Origin: Candidatus Bathyarchaeia archaeon
GTDB taxonomy: Archaea; Thermoproteota; Bathyarchaeia; Bathyarchaeales; Bathycorpusculaceae
Assembly (NCBI GenBank): GCA_050010515.1
Contig: JBEKKX010000034.1
Span: forward strand, 1 to 27,133
Length of the DNA stretch: 27,133 nt
Direction: 5' to 3'
Shown here piece after piece: positions 7,837 through 17,542 of the stretch. The notes beneath the pieces were generated by a model, which saw only the letters and a list, made by a program, of their open reading frames with translations, made no database searches and was not told where the DNA came from. Numbering within the stretch: the first letter of the stretch is position 1; every line of letters starts with the position of its first letter. The translations under genes were made by a program, and so were the position numbers.

Positions 7837-9609
7837 CTATGTCTGCGGAGACTCGCTAATTTTCTTTAACTGTGCACGATACATTTCCGTAATCTCCTTT
7901 GAAGTGGTCGCGTCTTCCGAGCTTTTGTCGGTTCGGTATTTACCTGTGAAACGTGGAAAACGAATCGCTAAACCGCTTCCTTTGCGTATTGAATCCATAG
8001 CGCACATGTGAATGGGGCTTAAAGTGATTTCAGCACCTAAAATCTCAAGCACCAAGCTGGGTTCAAACCAAACGTCCGCTTCCAACATCGATTGGACACG
8101 GGAGTTCTTGCGGGGAATCACATGTTTCTGAAGCGTTTCATGAAGATTTGCTAGGTCTTTGTCTGTGAAGCCTGTACCGCACTTTGTGACGGTTTCAAAA
8201 GTGTCCCCTTCATCGTTATAGGTGGCTAAAAGCAAAGCGCCGTACGTTCCTGCTCGTTTTCCTCTTCCATGGAAAGCCCCCACCACCACAAGGTCCACGG
8301 TGTCAGTCATCTCGCTTTTGTAGTCGCGCTTGTATTTTATCCATAGCCAACCTCGGCTTCCCGCTTGGTAAACTGAATCTTTGGCGACGGATTTGCACAT
8401 TAAGCCTTCGCAGCCTTCCGCTATGGCTTCCTCAAAGAAATTCTCAAGGTCCTTTGGATTTTTGACTAGTTTTTGAATGGCAGGTGTTACGCGGTCGCTT
8501 TGTTTCACAATTTTTTCCAGTTCTTTACGCCTTCGGGGAAAAGGTTCAAGGGTTAAGTCGTTACCATCGACATAGAGGGCGTCAAAGGGGAAAAGCGAAA
8601 TAGGATACTGCTCTATGGCTGCTTCAACACCGTACTTGCGTCTCCGATGCATCAACTCCTGAAATGGGCGCATATCGCCTGTTTCTAAGTCCATCGCCAC
8701 ACATTCAGCTTCCAAAATCACTTCTTTTGCAGCAATTTTTTCTTTGATTAATTCAACCGCGTCAGGATACTGGCTAGAAATGTTCTCTAACCGCCTAGAA
8801 AACAACACAACTTTGCCATCTTTCTTGTGTGCCTGCACCCGTTCCCCATCATACTTGTATTCGGCTACGCATTTGCCACCGAATTTCTCTAAAATTTCTT
8901 CAGGCGAAGCTAATCGCTCTGCCAGCATGGGTCTTATAGGCTCAAAAACCATAACTTGAAACTTTTTAATTCCATCCAAACCCTTTTCTACAACTACATT
9001 TGCAACTCTGCCAAGGTCAGAAGAAATGCTATAAGCGCGTTCGACGAGTTCTCGGGCTTCTTTTCCGCCGCCGTAAGCTATCGCTAACGCGTCAAGAACC
9101 GTCATGTCCGCGATGCCTAGCCGCAGGTTGCTTGTTACGGTGCGAATTATCCATTTTGCCTCTTTAGGCGAGGCATCAGTTAAAAGACTGGAGAGAAGCG
9201 CCATTTTGGTGTCTACAGCGCCAGACCCAGAGGTTTTGGCCATTTTTTCAAGCGTCTCATAGACATGCTCTACCGTAAGCTTCCTTGTGAAGAAGGTGGA
9301 TTGTTTCCGCTTAGCCAAAAGTTTCTCTGCCGTTTCGCCGATGTCCCCGCTCTTTTGCAGTTCAGATAGAATTACACTTTCGCTTTGTCCAGACGCTCGG
9401 GCTAACGCTTTTACTGCTAGTTTTTCGGCAATGCCCATCTCAACGCCCATGAAGTCTGGGTACAATTTGCCCTGAGTTAAATAAACAACCTTTGCTATGA
9501 CATCTTTGGGCGTTTTTTTTAACAAGTCAACAAGTAAATCTGTCATTTCTAACCGTTTCGTGGTTGCTTCAATTTTCTCGTAGGAGTCAGCGATTACGGC
9601 GTAATCCAT
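7837..9609 (-). CDS. lig: ATP-dependent DNA ligase
   Basis: EYKYDGER (motif I), EGLMCK, WIKYKRDY, DLVVVG and RFPRF. Likely start MDYAVIAD at 9609. Confidence 0.98.
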   Translation of the reverse strand: MDYAVIADSYEKIEATTKRLEMTDLLVDLLKKTPKDVIAKVVYLTQGKLYPDFMGVEMGIAEKLAVKALARASGQSESVILSELQKSGDIGETAEKLLAKRKQSTFFTRKLTVEHVYETLEKMAKTSGSGAVDTKMALLSSLLTDASPKEAKWIIRTVTSNLRLGIADMTVLDALAIAYGGGKEARELVERAYSISSDLGRVANVVVEKGLDGIKKFQVMVFEPIRPMLAERLASPEEILEKFGGKCVAEYKYDGERVQAHKKDGKVVLFSRRLENISSQYPDAVELIKEKIAAKEVILEAECVAMDLETGDMRPFQELMHRRRKYGVEAAIEQYPISLFPFDALYVDGNDLTLEPFPRRRKELEKIVKQSDRVTPAIQKLVKNPKDLENFFEEAIAEGCEGLMCKSVAKDSVYQAGSRGWLWIKYKRDYKSEMTDTVDLVVVGAFHGRGKRAGTYGALLLATYNDEGDTFETVTKCGTGFTDKDLANLHETLQKHVIPRKNSRVQSMLEADVWFEPSLVLEILGAEITLSPIHMCAMDSIRKGSGLAIRFPRFTGKYRTDKSSEDATTSKEITEMYRAQLKKISESPQT

Positions 9610-10035
9610 ATTTTTCCGCTCTAAAGAAATACTGATTACAGAACTTATTAAAATTACCACCAGTGCGTATTTAGCTCTTGTTTTTTCTAATTTTAGTTTT
9701 AGTGATTTCTTGCTTAAATCATCAAAATGACGCTTCGCGGTACAATTGTCTTTTCACATGTGAAGACTGAAACATCTTGGAGCATATTTGAACATCTAAC
9801 ATGTTAATTGTGCCAAAAAATACATGAATAAAACACGTTTCTATGTTGAAAGTGGGGGGGCTTAGTTCTATGCAGCTCTATGTTGAATCATATTTGGGGC
9901 ATATTAGACGCATCTAGTAGACGGGGGTAGGTTTGAGCACAAATAAATGACCTCAGACAAAGCCAAGAGCCAGAACCCATGCAAACCCTGCCTTTGCAGA
10001 AGGATATATTAGCCGAGCAAACGCATTCTAAAACC

Positions 10036-10446
10036 ATGAACGCTTGCGTAGTATATTTTTCAAGAACAGGAAATACCAAACGGCTTGCACAAGCAATAGC
10101 TGATACAGTAAAAGCTCCCATTTTCGACATAGCATCAACCCAACCGTCAGCCACAGAAAACTTTGACCTCTTAATCATAGGCACCCCAGTTGAAGGCGCC
10201 AGCCCCGCAAAGGAAACCGTGGCTTTCATCGAGAGCATGCCTAAAATGAAAGGTAAAAAAGCAATCTTGTTTTGCACTAACCGCCTTTTCGGAAGCGGCA
10301 GAACAATGAAAATTATGGAAAAAATGCTAGATTGCAAAGGTTATGAAACTGTACTTAAGGTTTCTAAAAAAGGCATGAAGCCCGATAAAGAAGCTGATTT
10401 CTCAGACGTCCTTAGCGAAGTAAAGAAGGTATTGGAAAAGCAGTAA
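10036..10446 (+). CDS. Flavodoxin-like protein
   Basis: VVYFSRTGNTKRLA FMN phosphate loop and IIGTPV; likely start ATG 10036. Confidence 0.9.
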   Translation: MNACVVYFSRTGNTKRLAQAIADTVKAPIFDIASTQPSATENFDLLIIGTPVEGASPAKETVAFIESMPKMKGKKAILFCTNRLFGSGRTMKIMEKMLDCKGYETVLKVSKKGMKPDKEADFSDVLSEVKKVLEKQ

Positions 10447-10489
10447 CTACAATAACGTAAGTTAGCTCTAGCAACTTTTGAGTTTCTAG

Positions 10490-10915
10490 CTATCTTTTGT
10501 TGTTCAAATAGTCTTTAATCATTCTGTCATGTTCAAACGCCAGCGGGTATAGCAGTTCTTTTAGGCTGAAAAGCTGGATTTCTTGGATTTCGCTCTCCTG
10601 CCTTTTTATTTCTCCGCCAACCGTTTTAACAAGGAAACATGTAGGATAATACTCGTAGTCCACACCATCCTTTACTCCCTTCTCGATGTACTCGCCTATT
10701 TTGCGAACCACTGCTACGTCGAGACCTGTTTCCTCTTTGACCTCTCGGACAATGGTTTGTTCGACGGTTTCGCCTGGATCCATTCTGCCGCCAGGCAACG
10801 CCCAATAACCCTTGAAGGGCACAGTATTCCTTTTAACAAGTAAAATCCGATCAGACGGAAACGGTATTATGGCAGTCGAGGTCTTGCCCGTGTACTTCTT
10901 CATTTTCAGCGCCAA
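10490..10915 (-). CDS. Nudix hydrolase (ADP-ribose pyrophosphatase/MutT-like)
   Basis: Nudix box GGRMDPGETVEQTIVREVKEETGL; LAFEH C-terminal motif. Confidence 0.93.
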   Translation of the reverse strand: MALKMKKYTGKTSTAIIPFPSDRILLVKRNTVPFKGYWALPGGRMDPGETVEQTIVREVKEETGLDVAVVRKIGEYIEKGVKDGVDYEYYPTCFLVKTVGGEIKRQESEIQEIQLFSLKELLYPLAFEHDRMIKDYLNNKR

Positions 10916-10985
10916 CTAACTGTTAACCTTATACTAGGCGTAAGGAACGCAATAAGTTTTTTGAAACCTAAAAAGCCCATTTTCA

Positions 10986-12617
10986 CTAAGCATAAGCCAA
11001 GCTACTGCTTAAAACTTGGTATTCTCGGTCTGAAAGCCAGCCTTCATGTTTCAAGTAAACTAAGCCTTTAGCTATATTGTCACGGATCGATTCTGTGTTC
11101 AAGAGATTGTTTTTTTCACCTAAATCTCTAATTTCGTCATCTAACAAGCTATCTTGTTTAGTAAGCACTTGGACTTTATCAATTAGGGCTGTTATTTCTT
11201 TGAACCGTGGAATAAACAGCTCTTTAATTTTCGACCTGCCGAACGCACCCTTAAGTTTGGCAGCGAAACCGATAGGGCTTGTCATCGATGGAGGCAGAAA
11301 AATGTAACGTTTAGTTAATCCTGCTTGATAGCACGCCATGTAGAAGGGCACATAAAACAACGCTGGGCTCTTCAACTGCTGTTCCCTAATGCCTAGCATT
11401 TCAAACCTAGCGTTACCTGCCTCCGCCAGTTTAATGGCGCCATTAAGACCGTCTATTACGGGTTTTTCCTGTTTAATTAACTTCGCAGTTTTCTGCTTAA
11501 AGCCAAACACTTTAGCATCGCGGGCAGCTGCAAGGTCAAGCAAGGGCTGGCGAGCCAATTTAATTTCAGTTTCAAGTTCAAGTTGCAGCGTGGATGTTTT
11601 CTTAGTTTTTTGTTTCTTCAGGTTTTTAACGCTGTTTTCTATCCGTTTTAGTTCTTTCTTTAGTCCATCGAGTTCTTTTTTAATTTGACGGCTTTTTTCT
11701 TTCCACGTCTTTTCATAAATTAAATGGTTCTTTTGCGCTTGGGTCTTTGCTTCTCGGTTGTAACGCTTTATTTTTTCTTCATTGTCATCTATGAATTTTA
11801 CTGTTTTTTCTTTTAGTTTTTCAAGGCTTTCAAGTTCTTCATTAAAGCTTCTGGTCACTTGTGCTATTTGATGTTTGTATTCGCTGTTTAGCTTGGTGAT
11901 TTTGGGGGTTACAAATTCTTCTTGAGCTTTGATTTTAGCGTTCGCCTCGTCCCTTACAGCTTCTGCGGCATAATCCAGTTCCGTTATGTATTGGCTGGTT
12001 GTTTTGTTTATGAGTTTTAGGCATTCTGAAAGCCTCTCAGAATCTTCTCTGAGGAATGATTGTAACTTATCCATTTCAGTTAACATCGAAGAAATCGTTG
12101 CCTCTTCGAGGGTTGGAGCAAGCGGCGCTAACTTTGCAGGCTGACCTGCTACTTCTATGGCTTCTTTGCGGTAAACGCTGAATTCTTTTTTAAAATCCAA
12201 GCCAGCGATTAAGCCCCTCAGTACGAATTCTTTCTCTTTCTTTGGCTGCTGAAAATAACTGTCATGGTCAGATAGAAAAGTCATGTAGTCTTCATGGGTT
12301 TTCGAGTTTTTCTCAAGGCTCTCAATGAAGGTTTTAGCTGGGGATACTTCAAAGTAATGCACGCTTATACTGGAATCGTTTAATCCGTCGAAGATATATC
12401 CGGTTTCATTGTTGGGAAACAGCCACAGTGGATAACCTATTTTCGTTATGAATAGAAGTTTTTCTTCATGCTGCTTTACGATTAAGCCACCGCCTTTTGC
12501 TCTCTCAAGCTCTGTAAGCGCGTAAACAGCAGATGCCTCAACGTCAAAGCTAAACAGTTCTCTACTTTTCCCCGGTGAAAAGGGCAAAATGAACCGTTTA
12601 ACTGCAACGTTTAACAT
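10986..12617 (-). CDS. Hypothetical protein with long central coiled coil
   Basis: 543-aa ORF; K/E-rich heptad region of roughly 200 aa between globular ends. No family recognised. Confidence 0.85.
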   Translation of the reverse strand: MLNVAVKRFILPFSPGKSRELFSFDVEASAVYALTELERAKGGGLIVKQHEEKLLFITKIGYPLWLFPNNETGYIFDGLNDSSISVHYFEVSPAKTFIESLEKNSKTHEDYMTFLSDHDSYFQQPKKEKEFVLRGLIAGLDFKKEFSVYRKEAIEVAGQPAKLAPLAPTLEEATISSMLTEMDKLQSFLREDSERLSECLKLINKTTSQYITELDYAAEAVRDEANAKIKAQEEFVTPKITKLNSEYKHQIAQVTRSFNEELESLEKLKEKTVKFIDDNEEKIKRYNREAKTQAQKNHLIYEKTWKEKSRQIKKELDGLKKELKRIENSVKNLKKQKTKKTSTLQLELETEIKLARQPLLDLAAARDAKVFGFKQKTAKLIKQEKPVIDGLNGAIKLAEAGNARFEMLGIREQQLKSPALFYVPFYMACYQAGLTKRYIFLPPSMTSPIGFAAKLKGAFGRSKIKELFIPRFKEITALIDKVQVLTKQDSLLDDEIRDLGEKNNLLNTESIRDNIAKGLVYLKHEGWLSDREYQVLSSSLAYA

Positions 12618-12670
12618 TGAGCATCAAGTCAGAGTATGAGGGTTTGCTTTTTTAAAATTTGTCATCAAAA

Positions 12671-14011
12671 TTAAGCTTTGAAGAAGTCTGATATTTTCTT
12701 TTGGAACAGTGCCCGCTTTAACAGTTCACTTTGCAATATCCACCGTTGCATCGGAATTTCAAATCGTCCGCCAATAAACTGTAGGGATTCAGCTAGACTT
12801 TTGAAAAGAAAGGGTTTTTGCCGCATGGCGTTTCGCACGTTCTCGCGTACTTGCCAGACGCCGATGGGCATGATGTACCCTGGTCTTGCTTCTCTGAGTA
12901 CAATGGCGGTGGCTTGGCGCCGTTCTTTGACTAATTGCTCGCAAACTGCTAGGCGAGCTGAGTAGTAGCAGCCGCCTATCTGCGCGTACGTGGTTCTTCC
13001 GCTGTTGCCTTCCCAATCAGAGAAAATGGCTATGCTTTTTCCATTCGGGTTCCAAACTGTTCCTGGATACCAGGCTTCCATGGACTCGTAACTCCACTGC
13101 TGTGGAATCATTAAAATCTCAAAAACATTATCTAAGTAGATTGACTCGTAAACCCTGTACTCATTGATTTCAGGAAAAGTCTTTACTTTTTCCCTGAGGC
13201 TTTTGGAGATGGTGTCGTCGACGGCTGTTATGCTCCAGCGTGTAGGAACCAAGCGCCTGTTCTTTTCCACTCCAAAAGCGCCGACGCTGAAGGCTTTTTG
13301 AATCTTTGTTACCATGACACCTCGATCGTAGAGTTCCACCACTGCCTGCTTAGCCCGCAAATCCGTATCATAATACGCTTTCTCTATCTTATCATCATAC
13401 CGTGCGTTTCCAACGTGCAAGTCTCGGATGGGCGCTGAAGGACCAAACGGTTGAACATTATCATCCATGAAAATTGAGCCCCGAGGCTTTTTTGTAAGGT
13501 TCAATTCGATGTCTACGCTGCTGTCTGCAAGGGCTAACTCGCGTGTTTGATCCAGTATTTTTCCTGCATCCATAAATTTTTGCACATTAACCCGGTGTTT
13601 ACCACGTACAAGCATGCTTCGGAAACCAACAATTTCATCCATTGATTTCCCAAACCAACGTTCAGGCAAATCGTAAATGCTCGTATCCTCATGTATGGGC
13701 GGCACAAGTGGACCCGCGTAAACGTTAGGGTAGCCGATTCGTCCGATGAAAACGCTGGGCGGAGACATGCCATTGATGTCTTCACTTGCCATCAGCGGCA
13801 CGCTTTTGAGGAAATAGTTAACTTTAACCATTATCGGGCAACGAGTTTTGCCGCATAGAAATCTGGCGCCCTTGCACAAAACACATAGGCTGTCCTCTCT
13901 GGCTCGGGCAACTATTTGGTTATTATCCGCTAAGTTACTGCTTTTTAGAATGTCTTTTAACCAATTATCTGAAGCACGAATGCTTTGCAATGGTTTTGAG
14001 GTTAGAGTCAT
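12671..14011 (-). CDS. nreA: Nre-family archaeal DNA repair protein
   Basis: CVLCKGARFLCGKTRCP Zn motif, SPPSVFIGRIGYP, LVPTRWSITAVD, GVWQVRENVR and C-terminal PIP box QKKISDFF. Start uncertain (14011 or 14035). Confidence 0.95.
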   Translation of the reverse strand: MTLTSKPLQSIRASDNWLKDILKSSNLADNNQIVARAREDSLCVLCKGARFLCGKTRCPIMVKVNYFLKSVPLMASEDINGMSPPSVFIGRIGYPNVYAGPLVPPIHEDTSIYDLPERWFGKSMDEIVGFRSMLVRGKHRVNVQKFMDAGKILDQTRELALADSSVDIELNLTKKPRGSIFMDDNVQPFGPSAPIRDLHVGNARYDDKIEKAYYDTDLRAKQAVVELYDRGVMVTKIQKAFSVGAFGVEKNRRLVPTRWSITAVDDTISKSLREKVKTFPEINEYRVYESIYLDNVFEILMIPQQWSYESMEAWYPGTVWNPNGKSIAIFSDWEGNSGRTTYAQIGGCYYSARLAVCEQLVKERRQATAIVLREARPGYIMPIGVWQVRENVRNAMRQKPFLFKSLAESLQFIGGRFEIPMQRWILQSELLKRALFQKKISDFFKA

Positions 14012-14258
14012 GTTATACTTCCATGATGATTGCATCAGCTTGATATGTTTTCCGCATAGCAAAATGTAAAAAGATAAACCTACTTCGCCAATGCTAAAAA
14101 CTGCGCGAACTGTTTTGAAGGCTGTCCTATTTATCTGCAGTCCCAATTCCGCTCGGTCACAAGTGGCTGGACCGTGCCTAAATCAGGCAAGTTAGAGACG
14201 GCACACAATTGAATAAATGAAGGCGGTGCAAAAACACAGTAACAATGCAAAGATAACA

Positions 14259-15320
14259 TCATCCTAATCTGTAATAGTCAGCTACTGCTTTGAACGATTC
14301 TTTTGGCTCCCATGCCATGTTGGGGTAAGTGGCGCCGTGTTTTCCGTCATCATAGTATTTCACTAAGCTTGAGCTTGCCATGTCAAGGTCGTATTTGGGA
14401 TTGTCGCTGTAGGGCGTAATTTGCGACATAAATTGGAAAATAAAAGCGCCGTCAACCCCTGCATTGTCCAGAACGCTGAGGTTTTCAACGAGTTTACGGG
14501 CTTGCCACTGCTCTTCGCGAACATGGATGCCTTTTGTATGCGGGCGAACAAATCTGCCTAAGACAGGAATTTGATGCAGGAACTGTGACTTAACGTCGAT
14601 TATGCCGCCGCCTAAACCTGATGAGCTTAAGAAGCCTTCTGAACCGATGCCGCCTTGGCATGTGCCGTAGCCGAACTCGGTTATTACAACAGGCTTGTTA
14701 TGAGAGAAGGACGGCTTTAGCATTTCAACGTATTTATCTTCAATACGGGCTATTCGGTAATGGTCAACGCCGACGAAGTCGAAGAGGCCCCAGTCAACAG
14801 CCTCCCAAACAAGAGAAGCGTAAGTTACTTTACCATGAAAAACTTCTCTGACAGACGTGTTTGCCTTTGCCAAGAACTCGTTAAGCGGCTTATTATGCTC
14901 ACCAGCTTTTATGCGAGGTATAAGAGCGGGGTTTTTGATGCGCGCCGTAAAGTTTCTGCCTTTGACAATTCCCTGCATGAACAAGGTTAACTCGGAACCG
15001 ACACTGAAAACCAACCGCTCTGGATAGCGCTGACGCAACGTTTCTGCCGCCACGGCAGCTTTTGTTATGTATCTGAGCGTCTTCGCTGCGCTTTTGTCCC
15101 ACATTTCAGGAGAAAGCCAAACTTCCAATCCCACATCCAAAGCGGCTTCAGAAGCTGTCATTAACCGATTGATATTAAGACCGCAGATTCTTACGGTGTT
15201 ACAGTGCAAATCATTCTTGATAATCTCAAGTTCTCGGTGTACTGTTTTTGGGTCAAAGTGTGGGCGCCAATTCATGCCCATCACGCGTCCTACATCATAA
15301 GAAACGCCTTTTACCCTCAT
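14259..15320 (-). CDS. TIM-barrel glycoside-hydrolase-like protein (family often labelled 'abortive infection protein')
   Basis: MRVKGVSYDVG start, ELEIIKNDLHCNTVRI, GSEL, GKVTYAS, KPVVITEFG, DLDMAS and WEPKESF; two GH-A-like Glu positions. Likely start 15320. Confidence 0.7.
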   Translation of the reverse strand: MRVKGVSYDVGRVMGMNWRPHFDPKTVHRELEIIKNDLHCNTVRICGLNINRLMTASEAALDVGLEVWLSPEMWDKSAAKTLRYITKAAVAAETLRQRYPERLVFSVGSELTLFMQGIVKGRNFTARIKNPALIPRIKAGEHNKPLNEFLAKANTSVREVFHGKVTYASLVWEAVDWGLFDFVGVDHYRIARIEDKYVEMLKPSFSHNKPVVITEFGYGTCQGGIGSEGFLSSSGLGGGIIDVKSQFLHQIPVLGRFVRPHTKGIHVREEQWQARKLVENLSVLDNAGVDGAFIFQFMSQITPYSDNPKYDLDMASSSLVKYYDDGKHGATYPNMAWEPKESFKAVADYYRLG

Positions 15321-15375
15321 TAAGGTCGCTTTCCTTCCTGGCTTTCTGGTTTGAGCATTCGCTGAACCTTGTGGA

Positions 15376-15394
15376 TGAATGAATAATTCATTCA
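15376..15394. promoter_or_regulatory. Perfect palindrome, putative TetR-type operator
   Basis: TGAATGAAT-A-ATTCATTCA, 56-74 bp upstream of ATG 15320. Confidence 0.65.
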
Positions 15395-15607
15395 GTTGAT
15401 AAGGGTATCTGATTCTGGATTTTTTACTCATAAGTTGTGGGTATGATTAATGCAAATTTGCAAAAATGCCATAAGCGTATGCTTCTAAATGATGAGGCCT
15501 AAAATTTCTCACTTTAAATAAATAAGTTGATTGATTTATTTTACCTGCATAACAATATAAGTGATAGTATGGCGCGCTGTTGTTAACCAGCACAAGGGGT
15601 ACCAAGC

Positions 15608-16240
15608 GTGGAAAAAACGGATGAGTATACTAAGAAGAATGAAGAGCTGTGGGATTCGAGAGCTGAGACCTATGATAGAAGGTTCGGTTTTACCCGCTGG
15701 ACGCAAAAGAAATTAGTCTCCATTTTGGAATTGGGAGAGAACCCTTATTTTCTAGACTTAGGTTGCGGCACAGGTTGGGCTGTGCGCTACGCAGCCAATT
15801 TGGCTCATGGAAGAGGAGAATTCTACGGCATCGATAATTCATCGAAAATGATCAAGAAGGCGAAAGCAAACTCTTCAGGGCATAAGAACATCCATTTTTA
15901 CAAAGCCAATGCTGAAAGCCTTCCTTTCGACAATAACTTCTTTGAATTCATCATTTCTTCTAATGCATTCCATCACTTCTCCAACCCTGACAAAGTATTA
16001 AGAGAGGCATCCTGAGTTTTGAAGCCAAAAGCAAGAATCTACATTCTCGACGTCACTGCAGACAACTTCATGATTAGACTCTTAGACAGATTAAGTAAGA
16101 AGCTAGAGCAAGGTCATGTAAAAATATATTCAACACGAGAATACCAAACTTTGTTCGAAAACGCGGGCCTACACTATGCAGGTCACAAATCGGTAATGGT
16201 TTCCATGAAAACTCACATCGGCGAAAAAGTCTCCCAGTAA
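15608..16240 (+). pseudogene. Class I SAM-dependent methyltransferase (UbiE-like) interrupted by an in-frame TGA at 16013-16015
   Basis: LDLGCGTG, GIDNS, AESLPF and AFHHF, then KVLREAS*VLKPKARIYILD. The two ORFs are in one frame, and the stop sits at the Arg of the RVLKP motif. Confidence 0.85.
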
Positions 16241-16278
16241 CCGAGTCATCTTTTTTTATGTTGCAGGAATCAGAGGTG

Positions 16279-17262
16279 TTATACTGATTCGCTGGTTCTT
16301 AGTGTTTCGATGGCTTTTTCTGCCCATTTCGAATCACTCCAAAGCGCTCTGCCTACTGCCACCAAATCAACTTTTCCCTCAATTACCAGTTTATCCGCGT
16401 ATCTGGCCTCGGTGATTCCTCCCACACCGATAACGGGAACGCTAACTACTTTCTTAATTTCACTTGCCTGCGGAACAAAATAGCCTTTCACTTGCCTTAG
16501 CTGTTTAGGTTCGCTTCCGCACATGCCCCCAGACACATCAATAATGTCCACTCCAGACTGCTCAAGCTTCTTTGCAAACGTAACAGAATCTTCGATGTGC
16601 GTTCCACTGGGGGCTAAATCGTCCGAGCCTAACCTGTAGAGCAAAAGTTTACCGTTGAGGCGTTCACGCACTTTTCCAACAATCCACAGGGGAAAGCGCA
16701 TACGGTTCTCTAAGGACCCACCATACTCATCACTACGCTTGTTAAATAAAGGTGAAAAGAACTGGTTAAGCAAGTAACCGTGCGCTCCATGAAGCTCAAC
16801 CCCGTCAAAACCAGCCTTAACCGCACGCTCAGCAGCCAAAGCAAAATCGTCAGCAATAGCTTCCATTTCACCTACTTCTAACATGCGCGTTTTATCCCTT
16901 GCTGAGGGTCCAGCAGGTTCCGTGCCGATGACTTTTTTGTTTGTAACTCCTCCTGCATGAGATATCTGTACAACCGCGGGAGCACCAACCTCATGTACCC
17001 GCTTTGCAAGCTTCTCAAAACCACAAATTAATGAGTCATCATAGATTCCAAGTTGCTTAGGGCATATCTTTCCAGTCGGCGAAACATAAGCGTGCTCAAC
17101 AATAGGCAAACCTAACGCTGATGAGCGTCGAACGTAAAAGTTAATCAGCTTGTTAGTTACGGCGCCTTCAAAAGTTGCCCTTCCAGTCTGCATAGGCGGC
17201 ATAACAATGCGGTTCCTAAGAGTTAACCCCCTCACTTTCAAAGGCTCAATTAAACTTGGCAA
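16279..17262 (-). CDS. NADH:flavin oxidoreductase (old yellow enzyme family)
   Basis: LRNRIVMPPM, QISHAG, AGFDGVELHGAHGYLLNQFFSP, RSDEYGGSLENR and VAVGRA. Likely TTG start at 17262. Confidence 0.95.
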   Translation of the reverse strand: MPSLIEPLKVRGLTLRNRIVMPPMQTGRATFEGAVTNKLINFYVRRSSALGLPIVEHAYVSPTGKICPKQLGIYDDSLICGFEKLAKRVHEVGAPAVVQISHAGGVTNKKVIGTEPAGPSARDKTRMLEVGEMEAIADDFALAAERAVKAGFDGVELHGAHGYLLNQFFSPLFNKRSDEYGGSLENRMRFPLWIVGKVRERLNGKLLLYRLGSDDLAPSGTHIEDSVTFAKKLEQSGVDIIDVSGGMCGSEPKQLRQVKGYFVPQASEIKKVVSVPVIGVGGITEARYADKLVIEGKVDLVAVGRALWSDSKWAEKAIETLRTSESV

Positions 17263-17542
17263 ACACTGACACCGTTGCAATGAATGGGTGATGCGGCGCT
17301 ATAATAACATATCAATCAGCTCGAGTTTTTCCAAAATTTTCATTATTTTTAGTTGCGTGTCATGTGAGATCTCACCATTATCCATTAATCATTTCTTTGG
17401 ATTGCGAACATGGAAGAAGCATTTCTTTCAAGCATTGACGAATAAATACTTTGGTTGGCAATCAAGTGGAAGGTCTTCCAATGGTTGAGGTTGCGTCTAC
17501 CCAAAAGGTTTATGTTTCTATTCTATTGTAAAACATTGCTCT

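Noticed and set aside
9830-9930. Replication origin (ORB elements)
   Set aside because: Lacks the TCCA..GGAAAC ORB core and there is no adjacent orc1/cdc6.
16013-16015. Selenocysteine codon
   Set aside because: The position corresponds to a conserved Arg, not Cys, and no SECIS-like hairpin was recognised.
17288-17488. 66-aa ORF and palindromes GTGAGATCTCAC and TGGAAGGTCTTCCA in the OYE/sufC spacer
   Set aside because: The ORF has no protein-like features; the palindromes are single, short and cannot be assigned to a regulator.
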